Assembly (NCBI RefSeq): GCF_009914755.1
Contig: NC_060927.1
DNA from: the human T2T-CHM13v2.0 reference genome, Homo sapiens
Strand: one strand, 5' to 3'
DNA: 64,000 nucleotides
Shown here: positions 42,791 through 57,689 of the stretch, piece after piece
Layout: every line of letters starts with the position of its first letter
Position numbering within the stretch: position 1 is the first letter of the stretch
Made by a program: the position numbers and the translations under genes
Notes under the pieces: model-generated
Databases searched by the model: none
What the model saw: the letters and a program-made list of their open reading frames with translations, nothing else
What the model was told of the DNA's origin: nothing

Positions 42791-43252
42791 ATTCTGAAAT
42801 TAAATAATTATTAAATTACAAGCTCTTGAGTTAGCCAGACTTAAAGCATTGTTCTCTCCCACCCAAACTCTAGTTTCTTGGAATAAGAGCAAAGATTAAT
42901 TTAGAAAACATGGCTGTGCCATGGGCTATTGGGAAACCGCTTCTCTAGACTTTATGGCTCCTTTGAGTGAGTCGTACAAAAATTAATAATAACATCGTTT
43001 ATTAGTAATTGACTGCTTAAATGTAACAGAAACTTTTGGGCTTTACTGGAAAATATTTAAGATTTCTCAAGAAACTGCCCCACAACTCAGAGATTCTTTC
43101 TTGACAACATTGTCATTTTTATGTACCTTATTCCATCTCTCTTGGCCCAGATACTCATTGTCTACGTTTGCCTCCTAAATGCCCACTTTTGCTTTATATA
43201 TAAGCATACTCTCTATTAATTTCTTACTGTGAAAAGAGCATGGTACGCTCTT

Positions 43253-43551
<299 letters not shown>

Positions 43552-44187
43552 GAACATGGTGTGCTCTCTAACATTAGGATAATATTCTTTAAGTTATTTC
43601 TGTCCCCACGCATAATGTTCAGGATGCACCTAAATTCTACTTATCTTTTTTTTTTAACGTTACTTATTCCTACCTCTCCCTGTTCATTGATTTTAGTAGA
43701 GATACCCTGACAAGCAGACACCTAACTTTTTATTATATTCCATGTGCTTAGACACATATGTAAAGTAAATAATTATTTTATTAGCTAAATTGATATATAA
43801 ATAACTTTATAAAATCCAAAACCAGCACAGAAAATTCTTTAATACTAACGAATTTAACTTTATCCAGCTTTTTTTCAGCTTCCTGAACTTACCTTCACTT
43901 CTAATGTACTCAGAGTATTAACTAGATTTTATTTTTTGTTTTTATTGAAGCAGTTTCTTGTCAGTTTCCATAATAAAATATTATTTTTGTTCTGTCTAAT
44001 GACTTCACTCACCAATTTATTCAATATTTATTGAAGATTGACTATTCTTCTATTTTTTTCATATTATCAAAGTTAGAGCATTAGCAGAAATCAATCCAAC
44101 TTCAGTGGCTTCATACTTAGTTAAAATTGTTCCCTGATTTTAATTCTACATCATGTCTGTTTAGTTTCCAAAATTGTAAGATTTTGG

Positions 44188-44228
44188 TGTGTGTGTGTGT
44201 GTGTGTGTGTGTGAGTGTGTATGTGTGT
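44188..44228. repeat. (GT)n microsatellite
   Basis: Direct reading. Confidence 0.95.
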
Positions 44229-45733
44229 CCACACATACATTTGACATTTCTTGTCATCTCCATTGACTAAAATCAAAGAAAATCCTTGGAAATCTGACCA
44301 TGTACACTTTGTCATTTAAATCTAAGCCGATTTAAATCTAGGTCAATTTAGTTGAAACAATAATTGAGGCTCTCTTGAGCTCTTGTTCAGAAATTTTGCT
44401 TTGAAATGTTGTTGAAGGGAGTAGCTCTTTCCACAGGACATGCATTTGTGAGGATGTGTGCAATGCCAGAGCTACTGGAAGCTTTCTTGTGGGGCTAACA
44501 GGGGTGCCTATCTGAGAGAAAAGCCAACGTAAAGAGAAGAGGACCTGAGAGGCAGAGAGAAGGAGATGGACTTCTGAAGTCATCCTTTGCACTTTGAGAT
44601 TCACTTTTGCCCCCATACCGGTTACTATCAGTTGTGTGAAACAACATTGACTCTGTCCACACCCTTTCTTTCAACCAGTTTGAGCTTTTAAATTTTATTT
44701 CATTGTTTTTCAGCTGAAACTAATATGATACTGAGAAGATGTTTGTAAAATTTTTGGTATAGTGTGGATAAATTATAGGTCTCAAATACATTACTTTCTG
44801 TAAAATCTATTACTACCTAAAATATTGACCGAGTACTCAGATTTATTCTGCAAGAAACACATTTTACTTTTGAAAGTACTTTTTATATGTTCGTATAATC
44901 CACATTTTTGAATCTTGGCCTATATTTGCAATCATTTAGCCTCTAGTTAGGTCCCAGAGAATTATGTACGGTGAAGCTGGTGAAAAAGACTTTTTCAACA
45001 TTTAATATTATTCTATCTTCAATGATGTTCCCAGGGAGAGTGATATAAATTACCCCAAATATGTTGAACCTAGATCAACTATAGCTCTCCAAATATAAAT
45101 TTATTGCAGAAGTAGACTTCTAGCAGTTTCCTCAGGGTTCTTTTATAAGGTGGATTAGGTAGAATGTTTACCACATGTCTGTCATGGTTTCACTACTGAG
45201 GAAGACTTTCAGCAGTCAAATTAGAGTATCTTATAAAACTGTACTCAGTAAAGTCTTCTTGTGGAAATCTCAGACAAAAGTGTTCTTATGATGAACTATG
45301 TGAGTGCTACTTCTTGCTTAAGTGAAGTTCCATGAAGACCATGCATTTTGAGGTCCAACATTGAGGCCATACTTCAAGGAATATTTTATTAATCTTTTTC
45401 TAGGCATCTGGGGTCCGTGCAAGAATTAAGCTTTTATCTTTAGAATGCTTTTTCAGACCATTGCCAGGAAGACCTGATCTGCTATATTACTGCAGATGGC
45501 TGTCTCTAATACACCAGTAGTTATTAAAGGCTCAAATAATGGGTTCTTAGATTTTTCCCCAATTTTTCCCTTTTTATTTGTAAAAGGCTTCTGTAAGAAT
45601 TACTGTACATGCACAAAAAGGCCCCATTTAGAAAATAGTGTGTGAATTCCCATTCTGTACAGTAATGGTCCATATAACTGTATTAAGTCAGTTCCTTTAA
45701 TAGGGAGAGTGCCTTTTTAGTTTGTGAGAAATC

Positions 45734-45806
45734 TGCCCCTGCTGAGATTTGAACCAGGTACCCTTGGATCTAAAAGCATTTGCTTTACTCTTTAGATAAA
45801 GTGAAA
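45734..45806 (-). mobile_element. Degenerate tRNA-like head of an ancient repeat
   Basis: Minus strand: degenerate A-box (tttatctaaagagtaaagca), B-box GGTTCAAATCTC, tRNA-like 3' end cagcaggggca. Confidence 0.5.
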
Positions 45807-48800
45807 TCTTCTTAAGGTGGGGGTGGGGTAGTTCTCTTTGACTTTGGAGACATATCTTTGACAATTTTATTTTTCTTTCTGAATTACTTTCTCAGTCTCT
45901 TTCCTCTACTCTTTGTTTTATCTGTTCTAGGGTGCTTTTTTTTCCATTTGATCCTTTGGCTAGCACTGGTCTTTAACAATATGAATAAAAACCTCTGTAT
46001 CTAAGACCAGCATTTAATACTTAACTATGGCAACATTGTTAAATAATCAATAAATACCAGATTTCAGGATTGAACTGCAGAGTCTCTAATAACTCCTAGC
46101 TCTAAGAATTGATAAATCTAAGTTATTTGTGTCATTTTTAAAAAATGATTTTTTTTTTGCTTGGAGGAAAAATACTTGAATTGGATGCTCTTTGTGTATT
46201 GTTTGATGAAGACCATTCTGCCAACAAGTCTTCTTGAATCTGCTTCTTAAAAATACATTGTGGTAATTAAATAAAAATTAATTTCCTGTATACTCTTAGA
46301 GTCTCATTATATATCCACTAGCTAAATTCTAATGGATGTGCAATTTGTGATGTAATATTCCATCATTCTTTGCAAACTTTATCATATTCTGTAAGATTTA
46401 ACGAAAGAATTATAAACACTTGTGAGCTTTTATAAGATGAACTTGTTCTATACTCAAACGTGGATTGTCTTCCACGTGTTTTCTAAACAAAACAGTGTAG
46501 GATGGGATAATAAGCTACAATATTACAATAACCAGGGTGATTTTTCCTCCTCCTTTGTCCATTCAGATTACAGTAGCCACAGGAAACAAGGGTTTAGATC
46601 TTTAGTTCCCATTATTTCATCATTAAGCACGTCTGAAATGCTCACGATATGCCAGGTGCTTTACGGAACATAAAAAGACTTATTCTTACATAGGATAAAA
46701 AAGTTTATTCAAGTATAACATTAGACACATTGTAATTACTCCCACTGGAAACATAGTATAGCAAAAAAGGTTTTCGGTACAAAAAAGGAAATTTAACAAG
46801 GCATGTTTTCTTTTTATTGCAATTCCAGCCCTAATTCTTCACCCATAGCTCTCTGAGGCCAAACATAACAATCTAGATCTGGATTTGGTAATTTACTCAA
46901 GATTAGAATGTAACAAAAATTTATTATGTAATAGGACCTTTGAAAAACATGGAAGCTTGTATGAGTTCTTTCTTAGACAGTCAATTGTAATTCAGCCCTA
47001 AATTCCTGAAGTCACCTTGCATTTGCCCTTGAATTGAGTCTTCAGTAATAGCTACAACTTTGAAGTTATCAAAGGTGACCTGAAATCAGGCTGAGCACAC
47101 TGGAGAATCTTTGTGTCATAGAGTAATGTCAGTTCTGTACTAGATCAGGAGATAAAACCAGAAAACCAATGCTGTTTATTTACCCACAATCTGTTTAGTG
47201 CCAGACCTAGTTAACTACACAACATGTATATGAAAGTTCGGCAAAATGCTTGCAACAGAGCTATCATTCAATAAATATTTGTGGAACAAAGAAAGTTTCA
47301 AGAACTGTGATAAGAAAAGATAAATCATAATCTCTGACCACAAGAAAATGAAATTATCATTTGAAAACCAATTAGATTTATAATTGGGAAGTGCAGGGTC
47401 TCAATTTCTGTTTCCCTGACCTAGCTTTTACACACTATAAAATGTTAAAAATAGGGTTTTTTTCAAGACTAATATTAGGCATTTTTAAGCTTCAAGAGCA
47501 GTAAGAAGTTTCTACTGAACCCTCCCCCAGATGATTTCTCCCTTCTCAACTGTTCTCTGGAAAAAAAAATTAAGAGATAGTTCACAGTTTTAGTGTTAAA
47601 GATGAAGGGCTTACATGCTTTGTTTCACTAATTGGAAAAGTCAAGATAAAAAGGCTTTCTAGACTCTTTCTTGTTTCTCTGGGACATGGATATTAGAAAG
47701 CAGGAAGTCATCAGGTGCATGAAGAAGGTAAAATAAATATCATTGAAATGATGCTGGAATGCAGAAAAAGATCATTGGATTTTAAACTTCTTACTTCTGC
47801 TTTAAAAAGAAATGTAAATGTTGTATACCGCAATTTCAAAAATTCTGGTTGTTTTTATATAGTTTTCCTGGTGGTATGTAGCATGAACATTAAGAGAACA
47901 ATTGTCTCCAGGTAATGATTATTGCTTCCCCAAACATGACTCTATGTACTTAACACCTTTTCTTTAGACTAAAATTCTTTCTTAAAAAGAATAATTATGT
48001 GGAAATTAATTATTTAATAATTATTTGGAAACATGAATTATCATTTAAAATCATATAGATGATTGCCTCTACTGTATCTTTCCCTAATTAATTGCACTGT
48101 CATCTCCAGCAGAATAACTAGCACCTTGAAAGAAGGAGAATCAGTAGAGTACAACCTAAATGCAGGTACAGACTGTATCTCCCTTCTATGTTACCTCCAC
48201 TGTTTGCCATCCTCACCTCCATCATTCAAATCTCTTTTCTGGAGTTCTCCACTCCTTGAATTGATATTAATATCAGGTTAAGCACTGTAATATTTTTCCT
48301 AGCCACTTTTAGATAGTGAGATTTACAGGTAATTTGGCAAAAACAAGTTTTCATAAGTGTTATGAAAATGTCATGCTAAGTATAATGTTTAAAAATACCC
48401 TGAACTTCACATAAAGTCAAAGCTTCTCCCCCTTTCCAGCTTGGCAGCTGCTTTAGGCACAGGACAGAGGAGAAGGCTTTGTTTGCCTTCATCTTTGTTC
48501 CTTATTTTTGACTCTTCTATCCTGCACTCCTCTTGCTAGATGAGGTTTCTAACCTTTTCAGAAATGGAGTGAAGAAAAGAAGTTAGAAAAACTAAAGATC
48601 TTATAGGATGACATAAATTTGATTCAATGGCTGCTCTTCTTAGGAAGGATATCCGAGATTCCTAATTCTGATTCTGCCTGAGAGTAATTTTATGGATTTA
48701 TTGGAGACAAACTTGTTGATATCCTCCAATACAGTGATCTCACATGGTGAGGTTTTCTATTTAGCTAGCTGCTTACAACTTCAATTCTCACGGCATGGGC

Positions 48801-49274
48801 AGCCCAGGCCACATAGACTCTTACTGATGAGGCTTCATTATCACTCCAGGAATCTCTCTTGCAAAAGTCCTTTTCAGATGGATTGAATTCGGCTTCCTTC
48901 CACATGGTCCACATTCATCCATGGACACCTTATGTCTTTACGTCTTTGCTTCTGCCAAATAAAGGTTATTCCCAATGTCATTTTCTCTCTCTATCCTCCT
49001 GTTATTCAGGCACCTCTGGTCATAGTTTTTAGCCTTTTAATTTTTATAGTACAGGTCAAAAGCCACCTGATTCTGAAAGACACATATAAAGCTTTCTCCA
49101 AGTGGACCTGTCACATTGCCTCTATCCCCACTCTTTCCCCATGGCAAGGGAAAACTCAATAATTTTATTTAAAGAAAGTATTTCTCCATAAACAGCCATT
49201 TTTCTTTGCTCCTCTAACCTTTACATATCCTCAAGGAAAGTATTAAGGGAAAAACTAGGAAACTAGTTAACTAC

Positions 49275-49686
49275 TGACATAGTTTGGGTATTTGTTCCCT
49301 GCACAAATCTCATGTTGAATTGTAATCCCCAATGCAGGGCCTGGTGGGAGGTGTTTGGATCATGGAGGTGGATACCTCATGGCTTGGTGCTGTCTTCGTG
49401 ATAGTGAGTTCTCATGATATCTGGTCATCTAAAAGTATGTGGCATCCCCAGCCCCACTCTCTCTTGATTGCTGCTGCTTTTGCCATTAAACATTTATAAA
49501 TGCAAATGCCCCTTTGCCTTCTGCCATCACTGCAAGCTTCCTGAGGCCTCCCATAGAAACCAAGGAGATGACTGCTCCATGCTTCCTATAAAGCCTGCAG
49601 AACTGTGAGCCAATTAAGCCTCCTTTCTTTATCACTTACTCAGTCTCAGGTATTTCTTTATAGCAATGCAAGAATGCCCTAATACA
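49275..49686 (+). mobile_element. MSTB-like MaLR solo LTR
   Basis: tgacatagtttgg...caaatctcatgttgaattgtaatcccc ... cctaataca; TSD actac/accac. Confidence 0.9.
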
Positions 49687-50404
49687 ACCACCTTTTTTTT
49701 TCAAGTATTTCATAAGTAGTCTTGTTTCTTATTTTGGGGTTCCTTGGCATTTTTAATACTCGTTCTCTATATTTGGGACTTGGCTAAGACAAAGAAGTAA
49801 AACCTTACTTTAACATCCTCTTATGACAGTTGATTATTAACTTACCCAACCTTCTTTTAAGTTATTAACTAAAGAAGGTTAACTTACTAACCTTATTTTC
49901 CTATTGGAGACATCTATCACAAAACCGAAGCTCTTGCCTCTCTGAGTTTGAAAGCTTCTAAGGGAAATAATAAGGCCAATTAGGTAAAGAAATATTACCA
50001 TACATAGTGTATTTATATGTATTCATATTTCTAAATAAAGACTCTCTTCAGTTAAGACAATGTTACCCCATTATTTCTTCTCCTCCTAATTTTACATAAA
50101 TTCAGAGACAAAGACCATGCTATTATCCAGCCCTGTGTTTCTGTGCCTGGCCTTTGCCCGGTCAGAGGGCCTGCCTTGTATATGGCCCAAGTGTGGGTAT
50201 ACAATATTCAACATCTCTTCCACATATTCTTAATTTCTGACTAAGCCATTTTCTTTGAGGCAAAGCAATGCCTCATCTCTCTTTTTGGTCAGTTCTTATC
50301 AATTTAACTCACTTTGCATGTTATTTTGAGTTGTTTGGTTATCCTTTCTACTTCTACAAGGGAATACTACTTAAAAAATAATTAATTACTATAAATTAAT
50401 ACTT

Positions 50405-51150
50405 TAATAATCCATTCAACAATTCTTTAGTTTTATTTCTGAGAAATGTTGGGGACTTCAAGGTGAATAAGGAGAAATAAGACATGCACAAAAATGTAAT
50501 GTAATATATAATCTGCTGAGTGTGATTAAGACATTTAAGAAAAATGCCATGAATATTGAGAAGAAAGATTTATTTTTGGCTAAGAGGTGTGAGACACCAG
50601 GAAAGACTTCTGAGAAGGAGTTCTACCTCATGTGGACCTTGAATATATGGTAGGCGATTTCCATAACAGAGATATTATGCCAGACTGAGAAAATAGCATG
50701 GACACAGTGAAAAAATATTTGGCCACTTTTGGTCAAAACTTTTTATTGTATATTATATATCTAACAGAAAAAAAACTGAAAAGGAAGACTTCAGCCAGAC
50801 TTAGGAGGGTCATTAATGCCAGGATTAGAGAGATTGGACATTATTCAATAAAGAAAGAATGTGAGGATGGTACTGAAATTTCTGAGGAAGAAAATTAACT
50901 GATTGGAACAGTTACTTGGAAACATTAAATTGGTGGCAGAAAAAGTGAAACAATTATAAATGCAATGATCAAAAACAGAAAATAAAAAGTAAACATGAAT
51001 TTAAGACAATGATCTAATCAAGAAGCAATGAATTCCTGAGTGAATGAGTATAGTGGGAAAAAACAGAGAGGAGTAAATATGGGAGCTATTTCTATGGTAG
51101 AATGGAAGACTTGAATTGGACATGGAGATTAGAAATGAAGAGTAATCACT
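50405..51150 (-). mobile_element. Degraded L2 fragment
   Basis: ccattcaacaa start; caggaaagacttctgagaaggag; ggagctatt. Confidence 0.5.
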
Positions 51151-51559
51151 ATGGCTTCAAAGTGTGTACCCTCAAGGTACAATTAAGCAAAATAGGGAAA
51201 AAGAAGTTCCAGTATGAAAAATACCTGATGATGTAAAAGCAAGTGTTATTTGATGTTCAGAGAAGAGAGCAATCGGGGTTGGAGTAGTTAAGAAAAGGCT
51301 TCATTTGAAGCTTTGAAAGTTGAATAAGAATTCTCAATAAAAATGCAAGATAGGAAAGAAAGGTAATGTGCAAATAAAAGACCCTAACTCTTTTCAATTT
51401 GGGTCTAGATTTTCTAATAAAAAATGTTATTATAGATTATTCTGTCCTTCAGATAGTACCCAAGATGATCAAGAATACTAATAACTGAGGTTTAGATTTA
51501 CTTAGGATGTTACGTAAGATAGCTCAGTTTTACTAGAGACTTTTTTGAATTTGATTTTT

Positions 51560-52760
51560 TTCTTTGTTTCCACTTATTTTTAAATTAACAAACAGTAAAA
51601 CTGTTTTTTTATGTACAGTTCTAGGAGTATTGACCAGTGCGTAAAGTCCCTAGCACCACAAAAATCAAGTTATGGAACATTTCTATCACTCCAAGAAATT
51701 CTCTCTTGCAGTCCCTTTGTAGTTAGCCCCTCCTCCTACATCTAATTATTGGTAACCACAGATCCATTCTCCTTCCCTATATTTTTGCCTTTTTCAGAAA
51801 GTTATTTTGGTAGACACAATTTTAAGATGTCATGCATCGCTTGTTATAATAACTCTTGTCATTATGCTACATTATATACGTGGGCCTGATATAATCACAC
51901 AAGCTCCTTAAGAACATAGGGTGTTGGACAGCTGGTAACAGGAAAGGAAGTCAGAGATCTGAAGCAGATTCTATGTACCATTGCTGGCTTGTAGATAAGG
52001 AGGGACATGTGGAAAAGACCTGAAAGTGGCCTCTGGGAGCTGAGCGGCAACAAGGCAATGAGCACCTGCGTCCTACAATCATTAAGAACTGCATTCTGCC
52101 AAGAAACTGGGTAAGCATGGAAGTTGCCTCTTCCACTAGAAACTTGAGTTATAAGCCCAGCCCAGTGACATATTGACTTTGACCTCGTAAGAATCTATGC
52201 AGAGAACCCAACACAGCCTACCCCAGACTTTTGACATATAGAAATGTGAGCTAATATATTAATGCTGTTTTAAGCTGTTGAGTTTGTGGTAATTTGTTCT
52301 GCAGCAATAGAAAATATATACAGTAATATAAATGGAATCATAGAGTATGCAGCCTTTTGAGACTGGCTACTTTCATTCAACATAACACATTTGAGATTCA
52401 CCTGAATTATGTGAATGACTGAGTATTATTCCATTGGATGAATGTACCACAATTTGTTTATCCATTCACCACTTGAAAGACATTTGAGTTGTTGCAAGCT
52501 TTTGGAGATTAGAAAAGAAGGCTGCTCTCATCATTAGTGTACCAATTTTGTGTGAAAATAAGTTTTCTCTTGTATACCTACCTAGGAGTGGTATTTCTGC
52601 ATTATATAAATATATGTTAAAACATGTAAGAAACACCAGACTTTTCTCTGAAGTAGCTGTATCATTTTGCATTTACATCAGCAAACTATGAGAATCCCAG
52701 TAGGTATTGTCAGTCTTATTTATTTTAGCCATTCTAATAGGTATATAGTAGTATAGCATT
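51560..52760 (-). mobile_element. Old L1M (L1MC/MD-type) split by an MLT1 insertion
   Basis: ttttgcctttttcagaa | ataaatggaatcata; ttttagccattctaatagg. Confidence 0.8.
51806..52322 (+). mobile_element. MLT1E-type MaLR LTR nested in L1M
   Basis: tggtagacacaattttaagatg ... gtttgtggtaatttgtt...gcagcaatagaaaa; TSD gttat/gtaat. Confidence 0.82.
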
Positions 52761-52908
52761 GTTAAATTTGATTTTAAACATATTTATCACAAACTTTAAC
52801 GATTCTGCACAAGTTATAATTTTTATAAAATTGTGCTCTAAACATTAACATGTTTTAGCTGTTTCACTGAAAATATGCCTTTGACCAAGAGTATCACATT
52901 TATATGAC

Positions 52909-53090
52909 TGTATTTATTTTTTACTGTTTTATAACAAATTTTCGCAAGCTCAGCAGCTTAAAACAACATTCATTTATTAGCTCAAATTCTATATGTCAAA
53001 AGCCCATGGCAGGCTCAGTTGGGTTCTCTGCTTAGGTTCTTAAAAGGTAAAAGTCAGGGAATCACTGTATTCTCCACTGAGATACTAAGA
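52909..53090 (-). mobile_element. MLT1 LTR fragment
   Basis: ataacaaat...gcttaaaacaac...atttattagctc...gggttctctgcttagg. Confidence 0.7.
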
Positions 53091-55689
53091 AAGCATATCT
53101 GGGCCAAGGTTTATTCATATATTCAGCATTTACTGATATCTGCTATCAGCTATGTACTAGAAATGATGCTAGGTACTAGGGATAAAAGATGATAAATATA
53201 TGGCCCTGTCCTCAACAAGTTCATGCTCTCTGAAGAGTCAGATCACATAATGTGTATTTGTAATGTAGTCTGGTAGTTGTCACGAGGGAGGTATGTGAAC
53301 AGTGCTATTAGGTCACAGTTGAGGAAGCAAAGGATTCTGCTTGAGGGAGCCAGTTAGTGAAGTGATGAGATATGACTATAGATATACAATGATTGAGACT
53401 GAAGACTTAAATTAGCACTGAGGATTTATGTAAAGTTGACTAGGGATGTCCAACTGGACTCACTTTGTATAATCTAATGACTAAGATATTTTCTCTCAGC
53501 TTCTTTAAAATTTTTGGAATCCTCCCCAAATAACTGTGTTGGCTATATTGTTAAGGATAAAATATGACGTGATTTTGTAGATTGCCAATGGGAAAGATTC
53601 TAATTCTTACAGATGTGGTTTTTTTTTTGGTAGAAACACAAAACTGGGCATAACAAAGATGTCTTGGAATTTTATTTTTTTGAGAAACACCAATAAATAC
53701 TGTTAAACAGGGTTTCTTGGCAGAGTTTTGTTAGTTTGATGTTTTCTTTCTCTAGAAGTTAGTCAATGATTTATGCAGTACATATATTTGTGAGTATGTG
53801 TGTGTGTATGTTACAACTAATGAGCATGTAAGTGGCTACCTCTGGTAGAGCTACGATCTTGGAATCTCATATTCAAGAACTATTTACCCATATTCTATTG
53901 TGAATAATGCACTGTGTTTTATATGTAGTAAAAGAGATATTTGCAGTTCTGTTTTTCAAGTACATCCAGTATTTCCCATATCCAGGGCCAGAGTATACAT
54001 GGCAAGACTGTATGTGTGAAGAGCAAATGAGAGTAAATAAAATTGTGCCAAACAAGAGATTGTGCATAATTGAATAAATGTACAGTTAATCATCCAATAA
54101 TTGCAAAAGCATTAAAAAAATTCTCACACACTATGCCTGAGTTCTAAAGAAAACATTTGGACATTTTGAGTTTTATTTGATTTTAAATTTCAGAAGAGTT
54201 TTCATTGAGGTAACATTTACTTTTGAGGTGTGTAATCTGGACTCAGCAGGTTGTAATGCTATAGCCTTTGATGTTCACCAAGTTTGTTTATGAACTGTGC
54301 TAGAGATGGCAATCCAATATCTTCAACAACAAAAATTCAGAGACAAACACAGGACATCTTTTTCTGTTTTGTTCATAACAATGTCTTTACTGCCAGAATG
54401 TAACCAAGGATCTGTTAGAAATGTAAACAAGATTGCTTTTGTGCACCAAAGAGAATGTGAACCAATTTCAAAAGCTAGCACATTTTAGGTGATGTGAAAT
54501 GTGTTACAATGCGTGCAGTATCCTAAAGCATTTATAAAGCTGCCTAAAGCAGAACATAAGCACTGAGTCCACAGAATTTTGAGTGATTTGTACATACCAA
54601 CATGTTTTCAAAATATTAAGTATGTTTTCTTTTGTCTCTTTTTGGCTTTTGGCAGCCCACCAGCTTAAACTAGGTTTACAAGAGCCAGTGAAACACCATA
54701 TTGCAATTTTTGAGTGCTCTGATGTTGATGGCTTGCAATAAACCACATAGGATATTCCCATCGGGGGAAAAGAAGTTATAAACTGTCATGAATATTACAA
54801 TTTACATGATTTGGAGCTTGGGGATCTCTTGTTTAGATTTTTAACTCCAGCTAATCACAGATTTTCTGTTTTGAAAACAATGATTTGAATATAAACCAAC
54901 CCAAAGAGAACAATAAGACAATTTCAACAAGCTAATTAATTTCTATAAAAAAGAGAAAGAAATTTCACATGTTCTGAATTTGCTTCTGAGAATGACTCAG
55001 AACATACGCTTCACTTGCAGAATCAGTCAAAACCAGTTTTACTGATAAACAGAGTAGAACTCAACTGTCTGGGTCTAAAGATGACACCTAGCCAGGTAGC
55101 ACTGTGAAAATACATTAACACTCATCCAAAAGAGGTAATTAGAAAGTGTCAGATGAAAACAGTTTAAAAAATTAAAAAGAAAACTCTACTACAGAAAAGA
55201 AAAGGATTTTCATTTTTATAAAACTACTAATTTAGAATTTTAAGTGATAGACTTATCATTTCCATTGTGTTCAAAGCAGGCAGAATGATGGCAGATCTCA
55301 AGTTCTTTTTATTTGTTCCCCAAAAAACATAGCTATTCTTAAATTTTCTACAAATGCTACCATCTTATCAGAATTACTTTCAAGAGAAATATAGGTCTCA
55401 AGAATAAATAAATCAGATGAATAACCCACTTGGCATCTTGTAAAAATAAATGTAACCTATCTATCAATGAACGTTTTATGAATTTTATTAAGAAACCACT
55501 TTTTGACTTTTAAATAATTTAGTTACTGATCTAATTTCAAAAATCATTGTACATATGTTTTGTTCAGTTTATAAATGGGCTACATTATATGTTTAAATAA
55601 AATGTAAACCATCACTGTTCAGTAGGAAACTCTTTACTACTTATTCGTTTAACAAATATTTATCAAGGACCAGAAACCACAACTTTAGC

Positions 55690-56620
55690 TCATGTTGATG
55701 CTACTATTCCAGTTGGAGCCACCATAGTCTCTCACCTGAGTCATGGTGATAACTCTTAATCTCTTTGTTTCTGTTTTTTTTTTTTCTTATAGCCCATTCT
55801 GAAAAAGAAACTGGAATGATTCTGTTAAAATATAAGTCATTTTATGGCTCTTCTCTATCCAAAATCTCCCAGTCACTTCTCATTTTATTAAGAGTAAAAT
55901 CCAAAGCCTAAATCATTCTACGGGCCTCAAAGACTGCAAATGATCCTCTGTTGCCATCTTCTCCTTCTGACTGCATCTCCCACCTTTTTTCCACTTGCTT
56001 ATGCCATCACAGACCCTTAGCAAATTGGGTTATCCCTAGAGTGTGGTGGGGAATGTTAATTGCTATAGCCGTTTTAGAGGGTGATCTGGCAATATCTAAT
56101 AAAATACACAATGCATATTCCACATGCCATGTTTGTATATACATGCTGTCTCTGAAAGCATATCCAAAAAATTGGCAACAGTGATCAGTCACCTCTGGTA
56201 AGGGGAACCATGTATTGGAAAACAGGGATGGGAGGGCACTTTCCTGCCTCAGCATATGTGCATTTGCTGTTCCCTCTGTCTGGAAGGTCTTTATCAGCTC
56301 CCGGCAAGACACGCCCTCTCATGTTCTTCCGATTTTGACTCAAATGTCACCTTTTCATCAAGGACTTCCTTGGCCATCGTAAAATTCTACAGATATACCA
56401 CCCCTCCACAAATATACTGATCCTATCTGCCTTTTCTTGCTTGATTTTTTTTCCCCTTCCAGCACTTATCACTAAACAATAGACTATGTGTTTACTTATT
56501 AATCTTACTTATTGTCTATATCTCCTACCAGAATATAAATTTCATAGAGGTAAAGAGTTTTGTTGTTTTTATTTCTTTATTCTTAGCCTCTAGGACAGTG
56601 CTTGGCATAAAATATGAAAC
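55690..56620 (+). mobile_element. L2 fragments (interrupted ~56020-56235)
   Basis: agagtaaaatccaaag; gctgttccctctgtctggaa; ctcaaatgtcacct; aggacagtgcttggcat. Confidence 0.7.
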
Positions 56621-56970
56621 TGTAAGACAAGTACTGCTGTAAGTGCTGAGATCCAGAAGTGAACAAGATAGACAAGTTCTGCTCTTTTGTCATTAACTTT
56701 CTAGTAGGGAAAAGAGATAATAAACAAGTAAACAGGCAAATAAGATCACACCAGATTAGGGATAAATGCTATGAAGAATAATATACCAAGGAAACACGAT
56801 AGAGAGTGGCCAGTGGCTGTAAGTAGGGGTATTTTGGCTTGAGTCCTCAGAGAAGGCATTCCTGGGAAGTAACAGCTGAGCTGGAGCCTGAAGGACAAGA
56901 AATAAGGCAAAGAAAGATGTGTCAAAGGCTAAGTGGAATAACACATAGAAGAGCAGAATTTTATATTTAA

Positions 56971-57414
<444 letters not shown>

Positions 57415-57689
57415 TGAAGCAACAAATAATACAAGATAGAATTTCAATTAGGAGACAAAAGATATGATTGAGGCAACCCTCATTTGTTACAGCTAATGAT
57501 CTGGGCTAGAGAATGTGTAAGAGTAAAGTCTAGAAAATGTCTGGGCAAAAGGATAGAAATGGGAATGAGTAATGTGTGTGGAAAGAATGATGAGGAAATG
57601 TGCTTTACTGCAATCAAGATACTGCGGTGGAGAGAGGAACTCAGGATCATTGAAAGCAAGAAAAGTTAGGACTCGTTTGCTAAAAACCA

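Noticed and set aside
44350-44720. Possible very old MLT1K/L-type LTR
   Set aside because: Too diverged to call by eye
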